This document shows, one piece after another, positions 12,964 through 26,094 of a DNA stretch of 64,000 nucleotides. Source of the DNA: Phaeosaccion multiseriatum (lineage: Eukaryota > Protista > Ochrophyta, other classes); NCBI GenBank assembly GCA_965112735.1, contig OZ218950.1:6014001-6078000 (forward strand). Reading direction: 5' to 3'. The number at the start of each line of letters is the position of its first letter. Position 1 is the stretch's first letter. The notes under the pieces were generated by a model. The model saw only the letters and a program-made list of their open reading frames with translations, made no database searches and was not told the DNA's origin. Position numbers and translations under genes: made by a program.

Positions 12964-14311
12964 ATGATAGCAGCATCTTCTCTTTTCATCTTAGCTGCGG
13001 CTCTCACCGTCCCGGCCGGTGCGTTCGTGCCCGCGACGCCCGGCGGCCTGGTGGCGTCGCACAATGCCAAAAACAGTCTTGGTGCATGTTCAAGCTGTTC
13101 AAGGAGGCTTCCCTCCTCACACAAGAGGGCGCGGCCGCTGTGCATGGGCAGGCGAAGCGAGAAAATAGCCAGGACGAAGGGAAAGGGGGATGCAAAGGTA
13201 GATATCCCCTTTTTATCTCATATCATAGCCACAGCTACTGCTCCTTGCCTGATTTCCTTCCACCCCTCATTCTCTCTATATGCTTGCTTTGCTGCCCTGC
13301 TCACTCAGAGGGCCAAAGACTTTGCAAGGTGCGGAAAGAAGATCCAAATGGCTGTGAAGGCGGGGGGCGAGGACGAATCGACCAATAAGGTGGGGCTCCA
13401 CGGTACTTTGCTTCTCTTGCGTCCTCCTGTGCGCGCGTGCCTGACCCTTGTCAACACCTCCCTCCATACAGGCATTAGCCGACGCTATAAAGGATGCATT
13501 GGCAAACAACTTACCCAAAGACAATATTAACCGAGCCATCAAAAGAGCGATGGACTCGAAAGAGGGCAACGACTTCGCGGTGACGGTATACGAGGCGTAT
13601 GGGCACGGAGGAGCAGGCTTCATTGTCTCCTGCCTCACAGACAACATTAACCGGGCCAACGCAGACGTCAAGCTTGCCATGAGGAAGAACGGCATGAGCG
13701 TGGCGGCGACGGGCTCGGTGGCTTTTCAATTTTCTCGGAAGGGGCGATTGGCGACGACGGATGCAGTGGACGAGGAGCAGGCAATAGAGGCTGCCATAGA
13801 AGCGGACATTGACGACGTGCAGGTAATACGAGATGATACTTACCACTTATGGGACATTAAAGATGGATTCCCTACTGTACGCAGAGGAGACGCATGACAG
13901 TACAGGGGCTCTGTCCCCCTTAATTGTCTTCAGACGGGGGGCTGGGCTTTTAGGGGGGAAGCCTTCAAGGGGACCACACCACAGAATATGTATTTTGATT
14001 CTTGCATTGTGGCTGATCCTGGTGTTGTTGGTCTACTTAAACCCAAACTGACTGGCAACTGAACTGTGAACACACAGGTGGTGGAGGGGGACGAAGACGG
14101 GGTGACTTGGGTCCTCACGGAGCCTGGAGACATCAATGCCCTCCAGAAGGCCCTTAGTGCCTCGGCTGGCGTGACCGGCAAAGTCGACCTGTGCTACAGC
14201 CCCAATGTTCTTGTGGACTGCTCGGACGAGGACCTTGATCTCAACCTCGTTGCGATAGAGGCGCTGGAGGCTTTAGATGATGTGGATACGATCGAGCACA
14301 ACATGGCTTGA
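12964..14311 (+). CDS. YebC/PmpR (TACO1) family protein with a bipartite plastid-targeting presequence; exons 12964-13197, 13309-13389, 13472-13822, 14078-14311
   Basis: Motifs MGRRSEKIARTKGKGDAK|RAKDFAR, NLPKDNINRAIKRA, YEAYGHGGAGFIVSCLTDNINRA and LEALDDVDTIEHN. The N-terminus MIAASSLFILAAALTVPAGA-FVP is a signal peptide plus ASAFAP-like motif. Confidence 0.92.
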
Positions 14312-16118
14312 GCCATCCACTGCCATCCCCCCCTACCACATCGAGCAACGGTCCGAACAATTGTCTGCCTGTATGTCAGACGGTCTGTCTGTCTGTCTGC
14401 CTGACTGTGTCTGTTTAGTCTCTCAATCTGCCAGGCCATCTTGTTGTCTGTGTGTCTGGCTCCCTTGGGCCCGAGAGCACAACTAGGCAGTCTGACGTAC
14501 CATGGCAAGGCAAGGGGAACGGCGCCCCACGTTACGCAAAAGTTTCCGCATCACGTGCGGCCTCAATAGATTAGGCGTGCCCTGCTGCACAGAATCAAGC
14601 AGCATAGGGGTGAAGGTGGTGTGACTGCTACATTGAATCAACCCCCCCCCCCCCCCCCCTCCTCCTATAAAAGAAATAAAGAAAGCAGGTTCTAAGTCCT
14701 CACGCCTTTTCGACTCCCTTCCCCCCCTACCCACGGCACCGGTTGTTGTGTATTCAAAATTGGATGGGCGCAAGCAACCCTCTGCGCCTTGTTTGATACC
14801 ACACACTCACCACACTTTCCCTCCCCCCCCCTCCCACCCCGCCGCTGGGCCATCTCAGAACAAGGGTGGACCCGCTCGGCCTTGGACAGGACTAGAGCTT
14901 ACGGTGGCCATGAGCTGCCATAACCTGGAAGCCGGTCGCCCTAGCCCGTGAGTCCGAATCGTACAGCCGGTCGACTGCTCATCGGTAAGCCTTGCGCAGT
15001 AGTCCCCATCTCCTACCCTTACTGTGCGCATACCCTCGGCCCTGTATCGAGTTCGATTTTCGCCTCGAATTTCGCGTGTCGAGGTCGACTTTGACCTCAA
15101 GCCGACCTCGACATTGTCTGGAACCCGCCGCCATAAGCTGCAATCCTGTCCAGAGTTGAGGCCTTCCACCCCGGGCGAATTGCCTCCTGCACACTGGGGC
15201 CGGCGAGTAGCCCCTCTCCTTGACCCCCCCCACCGTCAGTAGGATAGTCAGTCAGTCAGCCAGCCAGCCAGCCAGCCAGGCAGGCAGGCAGCCCAAGCTG
15301 ATGCCACCCCCCTTCTCTCATGGTTTCCTTGTCTCGCAGCTGCTGCAGGACGTGTCACAGACGGTACCGTGGCAAGACAAATAGACCATGGGAGAAGGCG
15401 CGTGACATCATTTTGGTCTGCCTGTCTGCCTGTCTGCCTGTCTGCCTGTGTGGTTGACTGAGGGCTTGACTGACCTCTCCCCTCCAGCCTCCTTCCCAGG
15501 GGGGCGGGGTCAGAGAGATGGTCTCTCGGAATCGCAGGAGTGGTCCTGGGTTTCCTTCCCATTGTACCACTCGTGCTCCGCTCCTGCCAAACACACAGCA
15601 GCTAAGGCTAGCCTTGCCCCTGCCCCGCCGCTCGGGGCAGCGCTTCATCCTCTTCCTCATCATCATCATCATCATCATCGTCGTCGTCGACGTGGCTTGT
15701 GGTGCTGTCCTCGGCGTCCACCGCCGTGAGCTGTACCCACCACACACCAACCCTTTTGATACCCTCTGCTGCTTGTACTGTTGAGCAGAGACTTCGCCTC
15801 CTCCGCCATGGCTCACGTCCATATGGTGGCCACGGTTACGGTAACATGCGTTTCGAATCCAAACCGAAGCGCCAGGTGCCGCATCCTTCCCCTTCGCTGC
15901 TTGTACATGAAGAGAGAGAGAGAGTGTGTGTGTATGAGAGAGGGAGAGGGAGGGTAGGAGAAAGAGAGAACAGCCCTCTTCAGGGCACAAGAGCAGTGGT
16001 GGGAAGGTAGCTCGCGCCAGTGCGCTAGGAGCCCTCCCTCCCGTTCTCCCTCTCTCTCTCTCTCTCTCTCCCTCCCTCTCTCTCTCCCCCCTCTCAAGCA
16101 CCCATACCCCATCCCTCC

Positions 16119-18670
16119 TCAGAAGTAATCCCCGAAGAGCTCGTAGTCTCCCTTGTACGTCTTCTTGACAATCTTTTCCACTTCTTCCGTCATAAAGTTC
16201 GCCATGGCCGCGTGTGCATTGCGTTGCTTCTGACTCGTGTCTTTGTTGGTAGCAAAGCGTCCAGTTAAGAAATCGATCAATTCGGCCTTGCGCTCGGGCG
16301 AGGGCATGATCAGGCTGCGAGAGACGTCCTCGCCGACTGTGGACAGATTGGCGAAGCTGTACACGTCGTATTTGGAAATCGCCTTTTGGATACCACAAAA
16401 GCTGGAAGTCAAGGAAGGGCATGGAGAGAAGAGGGGAGGAAAGGAAAGGACACACAAAAGCGTAACAACGAAACAAAAGGAGGGGAGGTTATTGAAGCAA
16501 GCTTGGCTGTAGGAGGGTAGGTTATTGAAGCAAGCTTGGCTGTTCCTTTAGTGAGAGGCGAGACGTGTATGGTTCATGCCAAACACATAAGGAGCGAGGG
16601 AGCAGCGAGAAAGGGTCAACGACCGGGCTTCCCCCCGGTCACTGCTGCGAACGCAAATCCTCTGCGGCTCAAAGCCCTCCTTCTTTCGTACTGCTGATGC
16701 GTCTTTCTCTCGCTCGCTCTCCTTCTTAAGAAAAAAAGGAAAGCACAGCAACAGGCAGCAGAGGCAAGCAAGCACCAGAGGCAAGCACCAGACAGACAAA
16801 AACGGCATCGCCACGTACTTACTACGTACGTACTTCCTACTTACCAGTGCTGAGGTCTCCAGTGCGAGTTAACCTTGCACCCTTTGGCCTTAATGTCCCT
16901 CTGCACGGCCTTGGCCCACTGCACAAACACCTTTTCTCTGTGCATACGCATGAGGGCGGCAAAGAGGCCCTGGGTTTCCGCGTTGGGGGTTTTCGGAAGG
17001 GGCTTGTACCCGGGGGGGAAGAGCTCAGGCATGAATTGGAGGTAGGGGCAGTTCCTGCGGGGGCGTGGAGGGAGATGGGGGAGAGAGGGCGAACATGAGA
17101 TACAGGGAGAGAGAGAAACAGATAGATACATGGAGAGCAAGGACTCTACCGCACGTAAAGGGAGGAGCCACTCTTCGCTTCTCTCAACTCTAAAGGTGTG
17201 GTGGTGTGGTGAGCACTTACACGTATTCGCGCTGAGAATTGGCGCACTTTTGCAGAAATCCGCTCAAGAGCCGCTCCTTAGGGTCGCGAACCTTTGGAGC
17301 AGGCGATAAGAAGGAGGGTGGGCAAGGAAAGCAAGGAGGGGGGGGCGGGGTGAGGAGGAGGAGGAGGTAAAAGTGCTTAGGCAGAGGCAGACGGCCGAAC
17401 TCGATACGCCTGGGCGCCCTCTGGGTGTGAAGGGACACTCCACCCCACACACGTGACGCACTTAGTAAGTAGGGGCACAAAGTAGGCATTCAGACATGAG
17501 ACAAAACCAAACGTCGTCGGTACAGAAACAGACACACAAAAGAGAAAAGAAGGGAGGGGGGCAGCGGGATGGCAACAGAGGGGGAGATAATGCACTACTT
17601 ACAATGACGAACTTGACGATACGAGGGTCGTTGATAATGTCATTGGCGGCAGCCATGCCCTGGTCTGCCAGCAGGGGAATGCCGTTCTTGCGCGCGGCGT
17701 GAATGGGGCCCGTTTCCCACTCCTCCACCCCTAGCATCCATCGGAAGCTTTTGCGCCACTCCGCACACGCCACCTTCGCGATAGGGCAGAACACCACTCC
17801 GTCGTCCGGCACCACCATGGCCGGCTGGTGCTTGTGCGCGGCCATGTAAATCTTTCTATTGGGGTCGTTGGCCTCTTGCATACGCACCTCCTTGGCTCTC
17901 GCCCGGTCCTCCTTCTTCCTCTTCTTGCGGCTCCGCTTGCGCTCGCCATTGAGCTTCTGGCTGACCCTGTCGCTGGTCATATCGTCGTCATTATCATCAT
18001 CATCATCATCATCATCATCGTCGTCATCATCATCACCATCATCATCGTCCACTCCCGCCACAGGACCGACATACTCGCCGTCAACATCATTCCCCCCCTG
18101 CCCGCCAATAAGGTGGCCGGCACCGCCTGCACCATTCGAAACACCACCGCCGTTGCCATCTTGGCCACCCCCGCCACCTCCTTCCTTCTGACCAGGCCCT
18201 TGGCCGGAGTCATCCGCGTCGTCCTCAGTCTCTGGGTCGTTGGGGTTTCCCACTCGCCCAGTTCGAAACACCACCGCCCGTTCTTCATTGTTCTTGCTCT
18301 TTAATAGCGGTGCGTCTTGCGCTGTCCCTGCCTCAGAAGTATCGTCCCCTCCTTGTTGTATGAAATCAGCCTCCACTTGATTGATCCCCACCTCCAAGTC
18401 CGCCCCTTTTGCGGCTTCTGCTTCTCTGGCTGCGGCAGCCTCCGCCATTGCGAGCTTTTCAAGCGCCACCTTTGCAGCTGCCGCGCGCGCTACTGACGAC
18501 TCCTCCCTATGATCCGGCTCAGGTACTACGGTGAGATGCTTCGGAGGCGCAAGAGAAACCCCTGCGGGGAGAGTGCTGTCAGGCCGGCCCCGCCCACCCA
18601 AGAGTTGCCACACTGTGAGCAGCCCCAGCACCAGCAGGAGCGCAGCATACCTCAACGGAAGCGTGGGCAT
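16119..18670 (-). CDS. Type II membrane carbohydrate sulfotransferase (Sulfotransfer_2 / CHST8-14-like); exons 18670-17603, 17291-17221, 17054-16845, 16401-16119
   Basis: N-terminal TM anchor. 5'-PSB-like FCPIAKVACAEW, 3'-PB-like KFVIVRDPKERLLSGF, HWRPQHCFCG and C-terminal YKGDYELFG. Splice phases are consistent. Confidence 0.9.
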
Positions 18671-19004
18671 CTGTACTCTCTTGTCTATCTACGGACGGCA
18701 GCAAGTGGGAGGCTTTCCTCCTCCTCCTGGAAGCAGGGGCACCCGCTGCCAATATGGCCTCTGCGCTTGACGGAACGATTGTTGACCACCGGGGCGGAGT
18801 TGGAATGAGGGACTGCTTCAGCCAGCACCTTGATTCACACTGCTGTTGTTCTTCCTGCTGCTGCTCCTTCTGCTATCCAGGTAATTTCTGCGCAATCGCA
18901 ATCTTAACTGATTTCATTTCCGAGTCGAGACGGTTTTAAGGTTGAGGTCAACCGCCCGCCCCCCCCCCACGGCCCTCTCCACGGCTGCACACCCTTCCCG
19001 AAAA

Positions 19005-21012
19005 ATGGTAGTTGACTTGGATGCCAAGGGGCTGCCCATCCATCTCGCGTGTAGGGCCAACGACGCCTCGCTGGTCCGAGACATCGTTAAGGCCAGAAGA
19101 ATCGACATCGAAGACAGCGACGTCTTGGGCGACACACCTCTCCTCAAGGCGGTGCGTGCAAGCATAGCTTCCGTCTGTCTCTTCATTGCACACGCAATCC
19201 GAATACTTCATCTTGCTCTCACCCCGCTTCTCTCTCTTCCTCTCTCCCTCCCTCCCTCCCTCCCAACCTCCTTCCTCTGCCTCACTCTCTCCTCTCCATC
19301 TTTTACTCTCCCCCCCACCCCCTTCTCCCTCTCTCTCTCTCACTCTCTCTCCCTTTCACACTCATTCTCACTCTCTCTCTGTCTCTCGATCTCTCTCTCT
19401 CTCTCCGTGTGTCTCTTCTCTTTCCCTCCCTCTCTCTGTACGTCTGTCTCTGTCCATACCCACGCAGGTGAGATACAAGGCCCTTGATTGTGTCAAAGTT
19501 CTAATAGCGGGCGGGGCGTCCACTCAGGCGCGCGACGAACAGGGCTGGACGTGCCTTCACATCGTCGCAGCGAACGGACACTTGGCTACTTTCCGCCTCC
19601 TCCTCGACGTTGGTGCGGTGACAGGGCGACTCGACGTTGAGGTAAATAGTGTGTGAAACCCTTGCCTGGCCGCTGCTGACTCACCTGATACGACTACTAC
19701 TACTGCTGCTACGACTGTGACCAACCCCCGCCACTATCTCTCGCTCTCGCTGCGACTTGCAGGCCCGGACGGAGGAGCATGAGGACACCCCGCTTCACTT
19801 CGCCACCTACCATGATCGAGAAGAGGTAGGGAGAGGTCCCGGCATGTGGGTTCGTGTCTCTACCGAACTAGATACTCAGAGCTAGATATTGGCCACACAT
19901 TCCTCCCTCCCTCCCACCCTCCCTCCCTCCCTCCCTCCCTCCCTCCCTCCCTCCCTCCCTCCCTCCCTCCCCCCTCCCTCACTCGCGTGGCCACTAAAAA
20001 ATGTCCCCCCTCCCCATCCGTATGGTGTGGTGGGCTCTCTCTCTTGGCGATTCAGATGGTGAAGGAGCTTCTGCGGAACGGAGCAGATCCCATGGCGAGG
20101 AACGCAAACGGTCAGAGACCCCTGGAGGTGCGCAACAATTAAGGCATTTGTGTTTGTGACACGGTGGAAGGAAGGCACATCTAGTAGCTTGGAGGCCTCC
20201 GTAAAAGGGGTAGGGATCGGTCGGTCGGTCGGTCGGTCGGTCGGTCGGTCGGTCGGTCGGTCGAGAAAGAGAATCCCGCGGGCCTTGTTTGCTCAGTCAC
20301 AGCTGATGAACAGTCGTTTGGTGTGTGGTCTCCTCCCCCCATCTCACCCTTTCGTTTCATTAGGTGATTCCTATTAAGTCAATAAGTACCCCCCCCCCGG
20401 TCTCAGGTGGTGCGATCGAGCGTGCGAATCAAGGACATGCTGGTGACGGCAATGAGCACTCGTCGAAGGAGCGATGACGTCGACGGTGGGGAGCAAGGGA
20501 GGGAGAATCAAAGCAGTAGAGGCAGTAGGAAGGGACTGGAGGAGTATGGTGTTGCAGATTCGATGACTCTCGTCCCCTCAGCTGCTGACAGCGACGTCGA
20601 TAGTGGTAGCAGTGAGAGTGAGGAGGACAGTGATCCCGTCGAAGGAGAGGAGGAGGAAGAAGGGAGGAGGCTGGAGGCCTTGGCGAGAATTGCTTTGGAC
20701 GAGCAGAGCCCTCTTAGGCACAACGACGCCAACAAGGCAAGGGGAGGAGGAGCAGCGGCGGCGGCAGCCGCGAGACGAAGGAGTAGTGGCACGGCAGGAG
20801 GAGCGGCAAGAGTAGCGGGAGCAGTGCCAGCTCCAGGAGGAGGAGGAGGAGGAGGAAACGTGCAAGTGCGACTGAGTCGAGCGTCGCGAGCGGCGGCAGA
20901 GAGAAGGGCAGAACGAATAGCAGCAGCCGCCGACAGCGACCGAGACGGGGCGTGGCTGCGGAAGGAGGATGGGGGGGCGAAAGGGGACAAGATCGAAATG
21001 CCGACAGGGTAG
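19005..21012 (+). CDS. Ankyrin-repeat protein with a low-complexity C-terminus; exons about 19005-19151, 19468-19641, 19763-19825, 20056-20127, 20407-21012
   Basis: Repeats GLPIHLACRAND, GDTPLLKA|VRYKALDCVKVL, GWTCLHIVAANGH and DTPLHFATYHD...LLRNGADPMARNANGQRPLE, separated by GT-AG introns. Confidence 0.85.
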
Positions 21013-21677
21013 ACTTCTTCTTGGATGGCAGCAGCCACGTTGACCCCTCCCTCTTTGTGTGACCGTAAGATTATGTATCGTATTATATATATATATATAC
21101 ACAATTACGTGCGGTATCATCTCCCTTTCTTTCCCGTGATGAAACGGTTGCTTTGATGCTGCTGATGTTGCTGCTCGTGTGGAGCGAGAGGGCGAACACA
21201 ACTCACAACTTCCATGACGGACGCACATACGCGGCGTGCACTTTGATCATGGACAAGGATCGCCACCCACACGTTGTCCTTGAGGAGCGTAGGGCCATGT
21301 TCTTGATGAAGGTGTAGGCTATGTCGTCCGTAGCATTCTCACCACCCTGTCGCTCAAAACCCCTTGGAGGAAGGCCAGAGTCTCAATGCTGAAAAAATTT
21401 GATGCGCTGTCGCTGGGGTCCGCCATCGTTGCCGGTGCGAGTCAGCCGACCCGCTCCGAGCTCGATATCCGTTGGGAAAGGCATAAGGACAGGGTAGGGC
21501 AGGGCTGGCGTCAGGCGGCGCGCTACCAGCTGTTGCGGTGCCACGGCACGCTATCAGCTCATGGCGTTGCCAGCAGCATACCTCGAACATTACAAAGATG
21601 TTCGGCCCTGTCAAGCCGGCCCACCTCGCGGCGCCGAGCTGAGTCCCTTCAAGCTGCGCACGTTTTCGTGTTCCTGT

Positions 21678-22291
21678 CTAATAGCTGACAGCGTCCTGGA
21701 TGCGAGCCGGGTGCGGCTTTCCATCGAGCTTGCACGCCCCTCCTTGGCAGTACCCATCCCGGAGGATGGTCTGCGGGTCGTTGTGGTGGCAAGACCCTCC
21801 GTGACATGTAGAGTCAATGCATTTGTCAAAGGTGCAGGAACCACCATTGCACGTTGGGTTTGTGCAGCTGGTGAAGTGGCAGGCTCCCCCGGGACAGTCT
21901 GAGTTGCTGCAGCCTATGAACGAGCACCCCCCGCTCTGGTGAACAAGAGAGCAAGTCAGGGAAGGTGGGGCAGCACGAGGAGCAGCGGTAGAGGGCTTTA
22001 GTCGCTCGTGATCTTGCGTATCATCCATTCACCAATGCCCCCTCTCATCGAAGATTACGTTGGCTCGCACTGCGCGACGACACTCATCACCGTGTCATCA
22101 TCAGAAGAAGGGGAAGGAGAGACGCCCACAGGGAGGCGAACAGCTCCCCTTTCTACTGTTTCTTCCGACACGGATGGCCTCACCTTGCAGACGTGGTCAC
22201 AGGGGGCATCCAGCAGTGGCTTGGCCGCTGCCCAGCTCGTTGCCGACACTGCAAAGAGCAAGGCCACCGCAAACATACGAATCCACGCCAT
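21678..22291 (-). CDS. Small secreted cysteine-rich repeat protein (121 aa); exons 22291-22184 and 21935-21678
   Basis: Signal peptide MAWIRMFAVALLFAVSATSWAAA. A phase-0 GT-AG intron joins CDHVCK to SGGCSFIGC, followed by C-x-G-G-x-C repeats. Confidence 0.8.
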
Positions 22292-22579
22292 CCCCCCCTC
22301 TTCCTGGATCACAGAAGCTTCCCCCCTGCTCCTTCTCTCTAGATGCTTCTCCCCGCTCCCAGCCTCCTCTCCTTTCCGTATCCGCCTCGAGACAAATCGG
22401 ACAGGGTAGGGACGTAACGGAGAGTTACGTAAGCTTAGATTCTCCCATAAGTCAATATATGCTCCCCTCGGGAAGACGGGTGAGTTTACTTGACCACAGG
22501 GAGCGGCGGGCGGGACTCATCTCTACCTATAGTAGCAGCAGCAGCAGCAGTAGCAGCAGCAGCAGCACTTGCGGTAGCC

Positions 22580-25500
22580 ATGGCGAAATCCATGGGGCTG
22601 AACATGGCCTCCGGCTTGTCCGGAATGCTCAAGGACGGGCACGAGTCGTTCCAGGGAGTGGACGAGGCCATCCTCCGGAACATCACCGCTGCCAAGCAGT
22701 TGGCGGACATCCTTAAGACGTCTCTTGGGCCCAATGGTGAGTAGATCCGTAGCAGCGGTTGGGTAGTGGCTTTGGGCTTTTCCGTGGTCCACACGCCTCG
22801 CTTTGCCCGAGAAACCGGGCGCCTCGGCTGTTGACTTCCTTGTTCTCTGCACACCATTGCCGGTCGAGGGTGGTGAAGCGGCGTTAGCTTGGGCCAGAAG
22901 GCTTGAGTGGGGATCCTACTTCGATGGTGCGGCGATGGAAATCTCGTGTCTCCCCTCTCTGCTTCCCTTGTCTCCACTTGCCCATCTTCTCTCTCACACC
23001 CTCGCCCTCGCCCGCCCACCAGGCATGAACAAGCTAGTAGTGAACCACTTGGAGAAGATTATAGTGACTAGTGATGGAGCCACAATAGTGAAGGAGCTGG
23101 AGGTGATGCACCCCGCAGCCAAGATGGTGGTGCTGGCCAGTCAGATGCAGGAGAAGGAGTTTGGGGACGGCACGTCCTTTGTCGTCACCTTCGCTGGAGA
23201 GCTCCTCCGCATGTCTGCCGAGCTTCTCCACCAGGTGTGTCAATCAGCCAGCCAATGAGAGTCAGCCAGAGAGGGTAGAGAGGGGGGTGGATGCGCGGTG
23301 GTCGGCAGGGAGGGAGAGGCTGGGAGGGCGGAGAGGAGGGAACATATGCGGCAGTCAGGAAGGGAGGCGGGCAGTCTTTCGGCCGCCCGGTCTGACGGGC
23401 AGGGACGTAGTCATTCCGATGTCTTTGTGGAGTATCATGTCCTCATTCAGAGCATGCGAGGACAGTTCTGTCTTAGCTGTCTGTCTTCGCCCCGACGTGC
23501 TGTTCATCCTTGTGGACTGTGAAGCAGCTTCTCCAAGGCGATTACAGTGGCGTAAGAGACAAGGACCAAGCTGCTGTGCTGACCCTCCTCCACCCCGGTG
23601 GTCTGTTGTTGTGCTTGTTTACCCTCCCCATCCACTCCACCCCCTCTCATCATCAAATCAGGGCCTACACACGGCTGAAATCCTCGAGGGGTTCAAGCGC
23701 GCCTACGCGGAAACCACCCGCATCTTGCCCGAGCTCGTGTGCCACACCGTCAAGGACCCACGCGACGAGAAGGAGTTGAGCTTCGCCATCAGGAGCGTTT
23801 TGGCGAGCAAGCAGTATGGATTCGAGAACACCCTCGCACCCTTTGTGGCCAGGGCTTGCCTCACCGTCATGCCTCCTGCACCGGCCAAGGCCAGTGTCAA
23901 TGTGGACAGCGTGCGGGTGTGCAAGCTTCTGGGAGGCAGCGTATCGGATAGCCATGTGATCAGGTAGGTACGGGTTGTGGGTGGGCTGTTTGGGGCTGCG
24001 TGAAGGAGTGGGTGGACAGGTTGATGAAGAGGAGGTGGAGGAGGAGGAGGAGGAGGAGGAGGAGAAGGAGAAGGAGAGGACACAGAAGCGCTCACGTGTC
24101 CTTGTGGCTTCTTGTTCCTGCTTGAGGAAACATAACGCGGCCCAGTCTGTCATGGACATGTGGCTGTGCCGTTTGCTGGTGTCAGAGGTTGAAATCGATT
24201 CGAAATAGATGCTGACTGGAGAGGGAGAGGAGGCTCTCCTTGCTGCCTAGAGCATGCTTGCGCGTGCCCGCGTCTCAAGCCACCCTAGTGTCGCCTCTCT
24301 CCCTCCGTCTACCCCGTCTACCACCCCTTGCCCTTGCCTCCCCTCCACCCCCCCCCACTCTCTCTCTCTTACTCCCCTCCCCCTCTTACCCCCCCTCTCT
24401 CTCTCTTCCTCCCCTCCCTTTCTCGCCCCCCCCCTCTCTCTTTGTTCCTCCCCCGCCCCCTTCTCTTTCTCTTCCTCTCCCTCCCTCTGTCTCTCGTCCC
24501 CCCCCTTCCTCTCTGCCCACTGCACTCCTCAGAGGTATGGTGGTGCAGCGTAACACGGAGGGTACCATCAAGCGAGTGGAAAAGTCGAAGGTGACAGTGT
24601 TCGGTTGTGGCATTGAGGCGTCCAGCACAGAGGCCAAGGGCACCGTCCTTATCCGCACGGCAGACGAGCTCATGAACTACAACAAGGGGGAGGAGAAGAT
24701 GATGGTAAGATGATGATGGGGCGTGTGCGTGCGTGCGTGCGTGCGTGGGTGGGTGCGTGTGTGTGTATGGTTAAGGGTCTTGTGTGTACATGTGTGTGTA
24801 TTCTTTTGTGCATCGACAAACTGCAAATTGCCCGCCCGCTTGCATTGCTCCCTTCTCTCACAAACTCTCTCTCCCTCCCCCCCCCCCCAAACACCTCCCT
24901 CTCTCTCTCTCTCCCTTCCATTCATTCCGCAGGAGGACATCATCCGCAGCGTGGCAGAGACAGGCACCACGACCATCATCTGCGGAGGCACGGTGAGCGA
25001 CATGGCGTTACACTTTGTCGAAAAGTACAAGATGTGCATCATCAAAATCACATCCAAGTGGGAACTCCGTCGCCTCTGTGCGGCCCTCAACGCCACCGCT
25101 CTCGTGCGATTGGGTGCCCCAACACCGGAGGAGATGGGCTTTTGCGAGCTGGTGGAGGTGCAGGAAATAGGGCTTCGGAAGGTAACGGTCTTTCAGCAGA
25201 GCTCGGATGACTCCGACACTCGGCTGGCAACGGTCATTTTGCGTGCTTCGACCGACTCTTTGCTGAATGACTTGGAGCGAGCCGTGGATGACGGGGTGAA
25301 CTGTGTCAAGGCGCTATGTAAGAATCCGGAGTTTGTGCCCGGGGCAGGGGCGACAGAGATGGCGCTGTCGATGCGCATCCTTGAGTTGGCAGAGAAGCAG
25401 GAGGGACTTGATCAGTACGCAATGACCAAGTACTCGGAGGCGTTGCAAGTGATACCGCGCATTTTGAGTGAGACGTGTGGACAGGACACCACCAAGGTCA

Positions 25501-25778
25501 TGGCGAGGATGATTGCGGCGCACAGTGGCAGCAGCAGCGCGTCCAAGGCCGAGGGGGGGGAGGGCACGAAGGGCATCACGTCTTGCATGGGCATTGACAT
25601 TACCGACGATGTGGGGGAAGGGATTGTGGACCAGGTCAAGGAGGGTGTGGTGGACCTGCTTGCCACGAAGGAGTCTGCACTGCGCTTGGCTGTGGATGCG
25701 GCCATGACTGTGCTGCGGGTGGATCAGATTATCATGAGTAAAGCGGCAGGAGGACCAAAACCGCCCGGCGGTCGGTAG
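22580..25778 (+). CDS. CCT8: T-complex protein 1 subunit theta (CCT/TRiC chaperonin); exons about 22580-22737, 23023-23235, 23662-23963, 24533-24704, 24933-25778
   Basis: Motifs TSLGPNG|MNKLVVNHLEKIIVTSDGATI, HPAAKMVVLASQMQEKEFGDGT, VPGAGATE and the theta-type ending LRVDQIIMSKAAGGPKPP. Confidence 0.96.
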
Positions 25779-26094
25779 TGGCTGGGGCATACATAGCCGC
25801 CGCTAAGAGGGGGTGTAGGGGGTGAGAGTTAGACTTGTAACTACTCAACCACCTCGGAAGTGAGCGTGGGTATGCATGTGGGTGTGGGAGGACGGTGTAG
25901 TGAAGGAGGAGAGGAGGGGGCCGGCGTCGGAGCAAGAGCAGCAGCAGAGGTCAAGACCCGTCGGAGCCACTCACGAGCGCAGCAAGCGCGCACGCTTTTT
26001 GTCGCCTATGTAACGATCAAACAACACACTGCCAAACCCCCTTAGATTCTCACACGCTCCCTTTCTCAAAGCCTCTTCCTTACCTCGCATCCCC

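Noticed and set aside
14750-15910. Minus-strand ORF fragments downstream of the sulfotransferase
   Set aside because: No family motif, and the frames do not join convincingly.
21230-21660. Coding-like fragments (MLKKFDALSLG..., MALPAAYLEHYK...)
   Set aside because: Possibly a decayed gene, but unidentifiable and interrupted.
22059-22070. Possible 11-nt microexon in the Cys-rich gene
   Set aside because: It would shift the frame; direct splicing 22184 to 21935 restores the repeat register.
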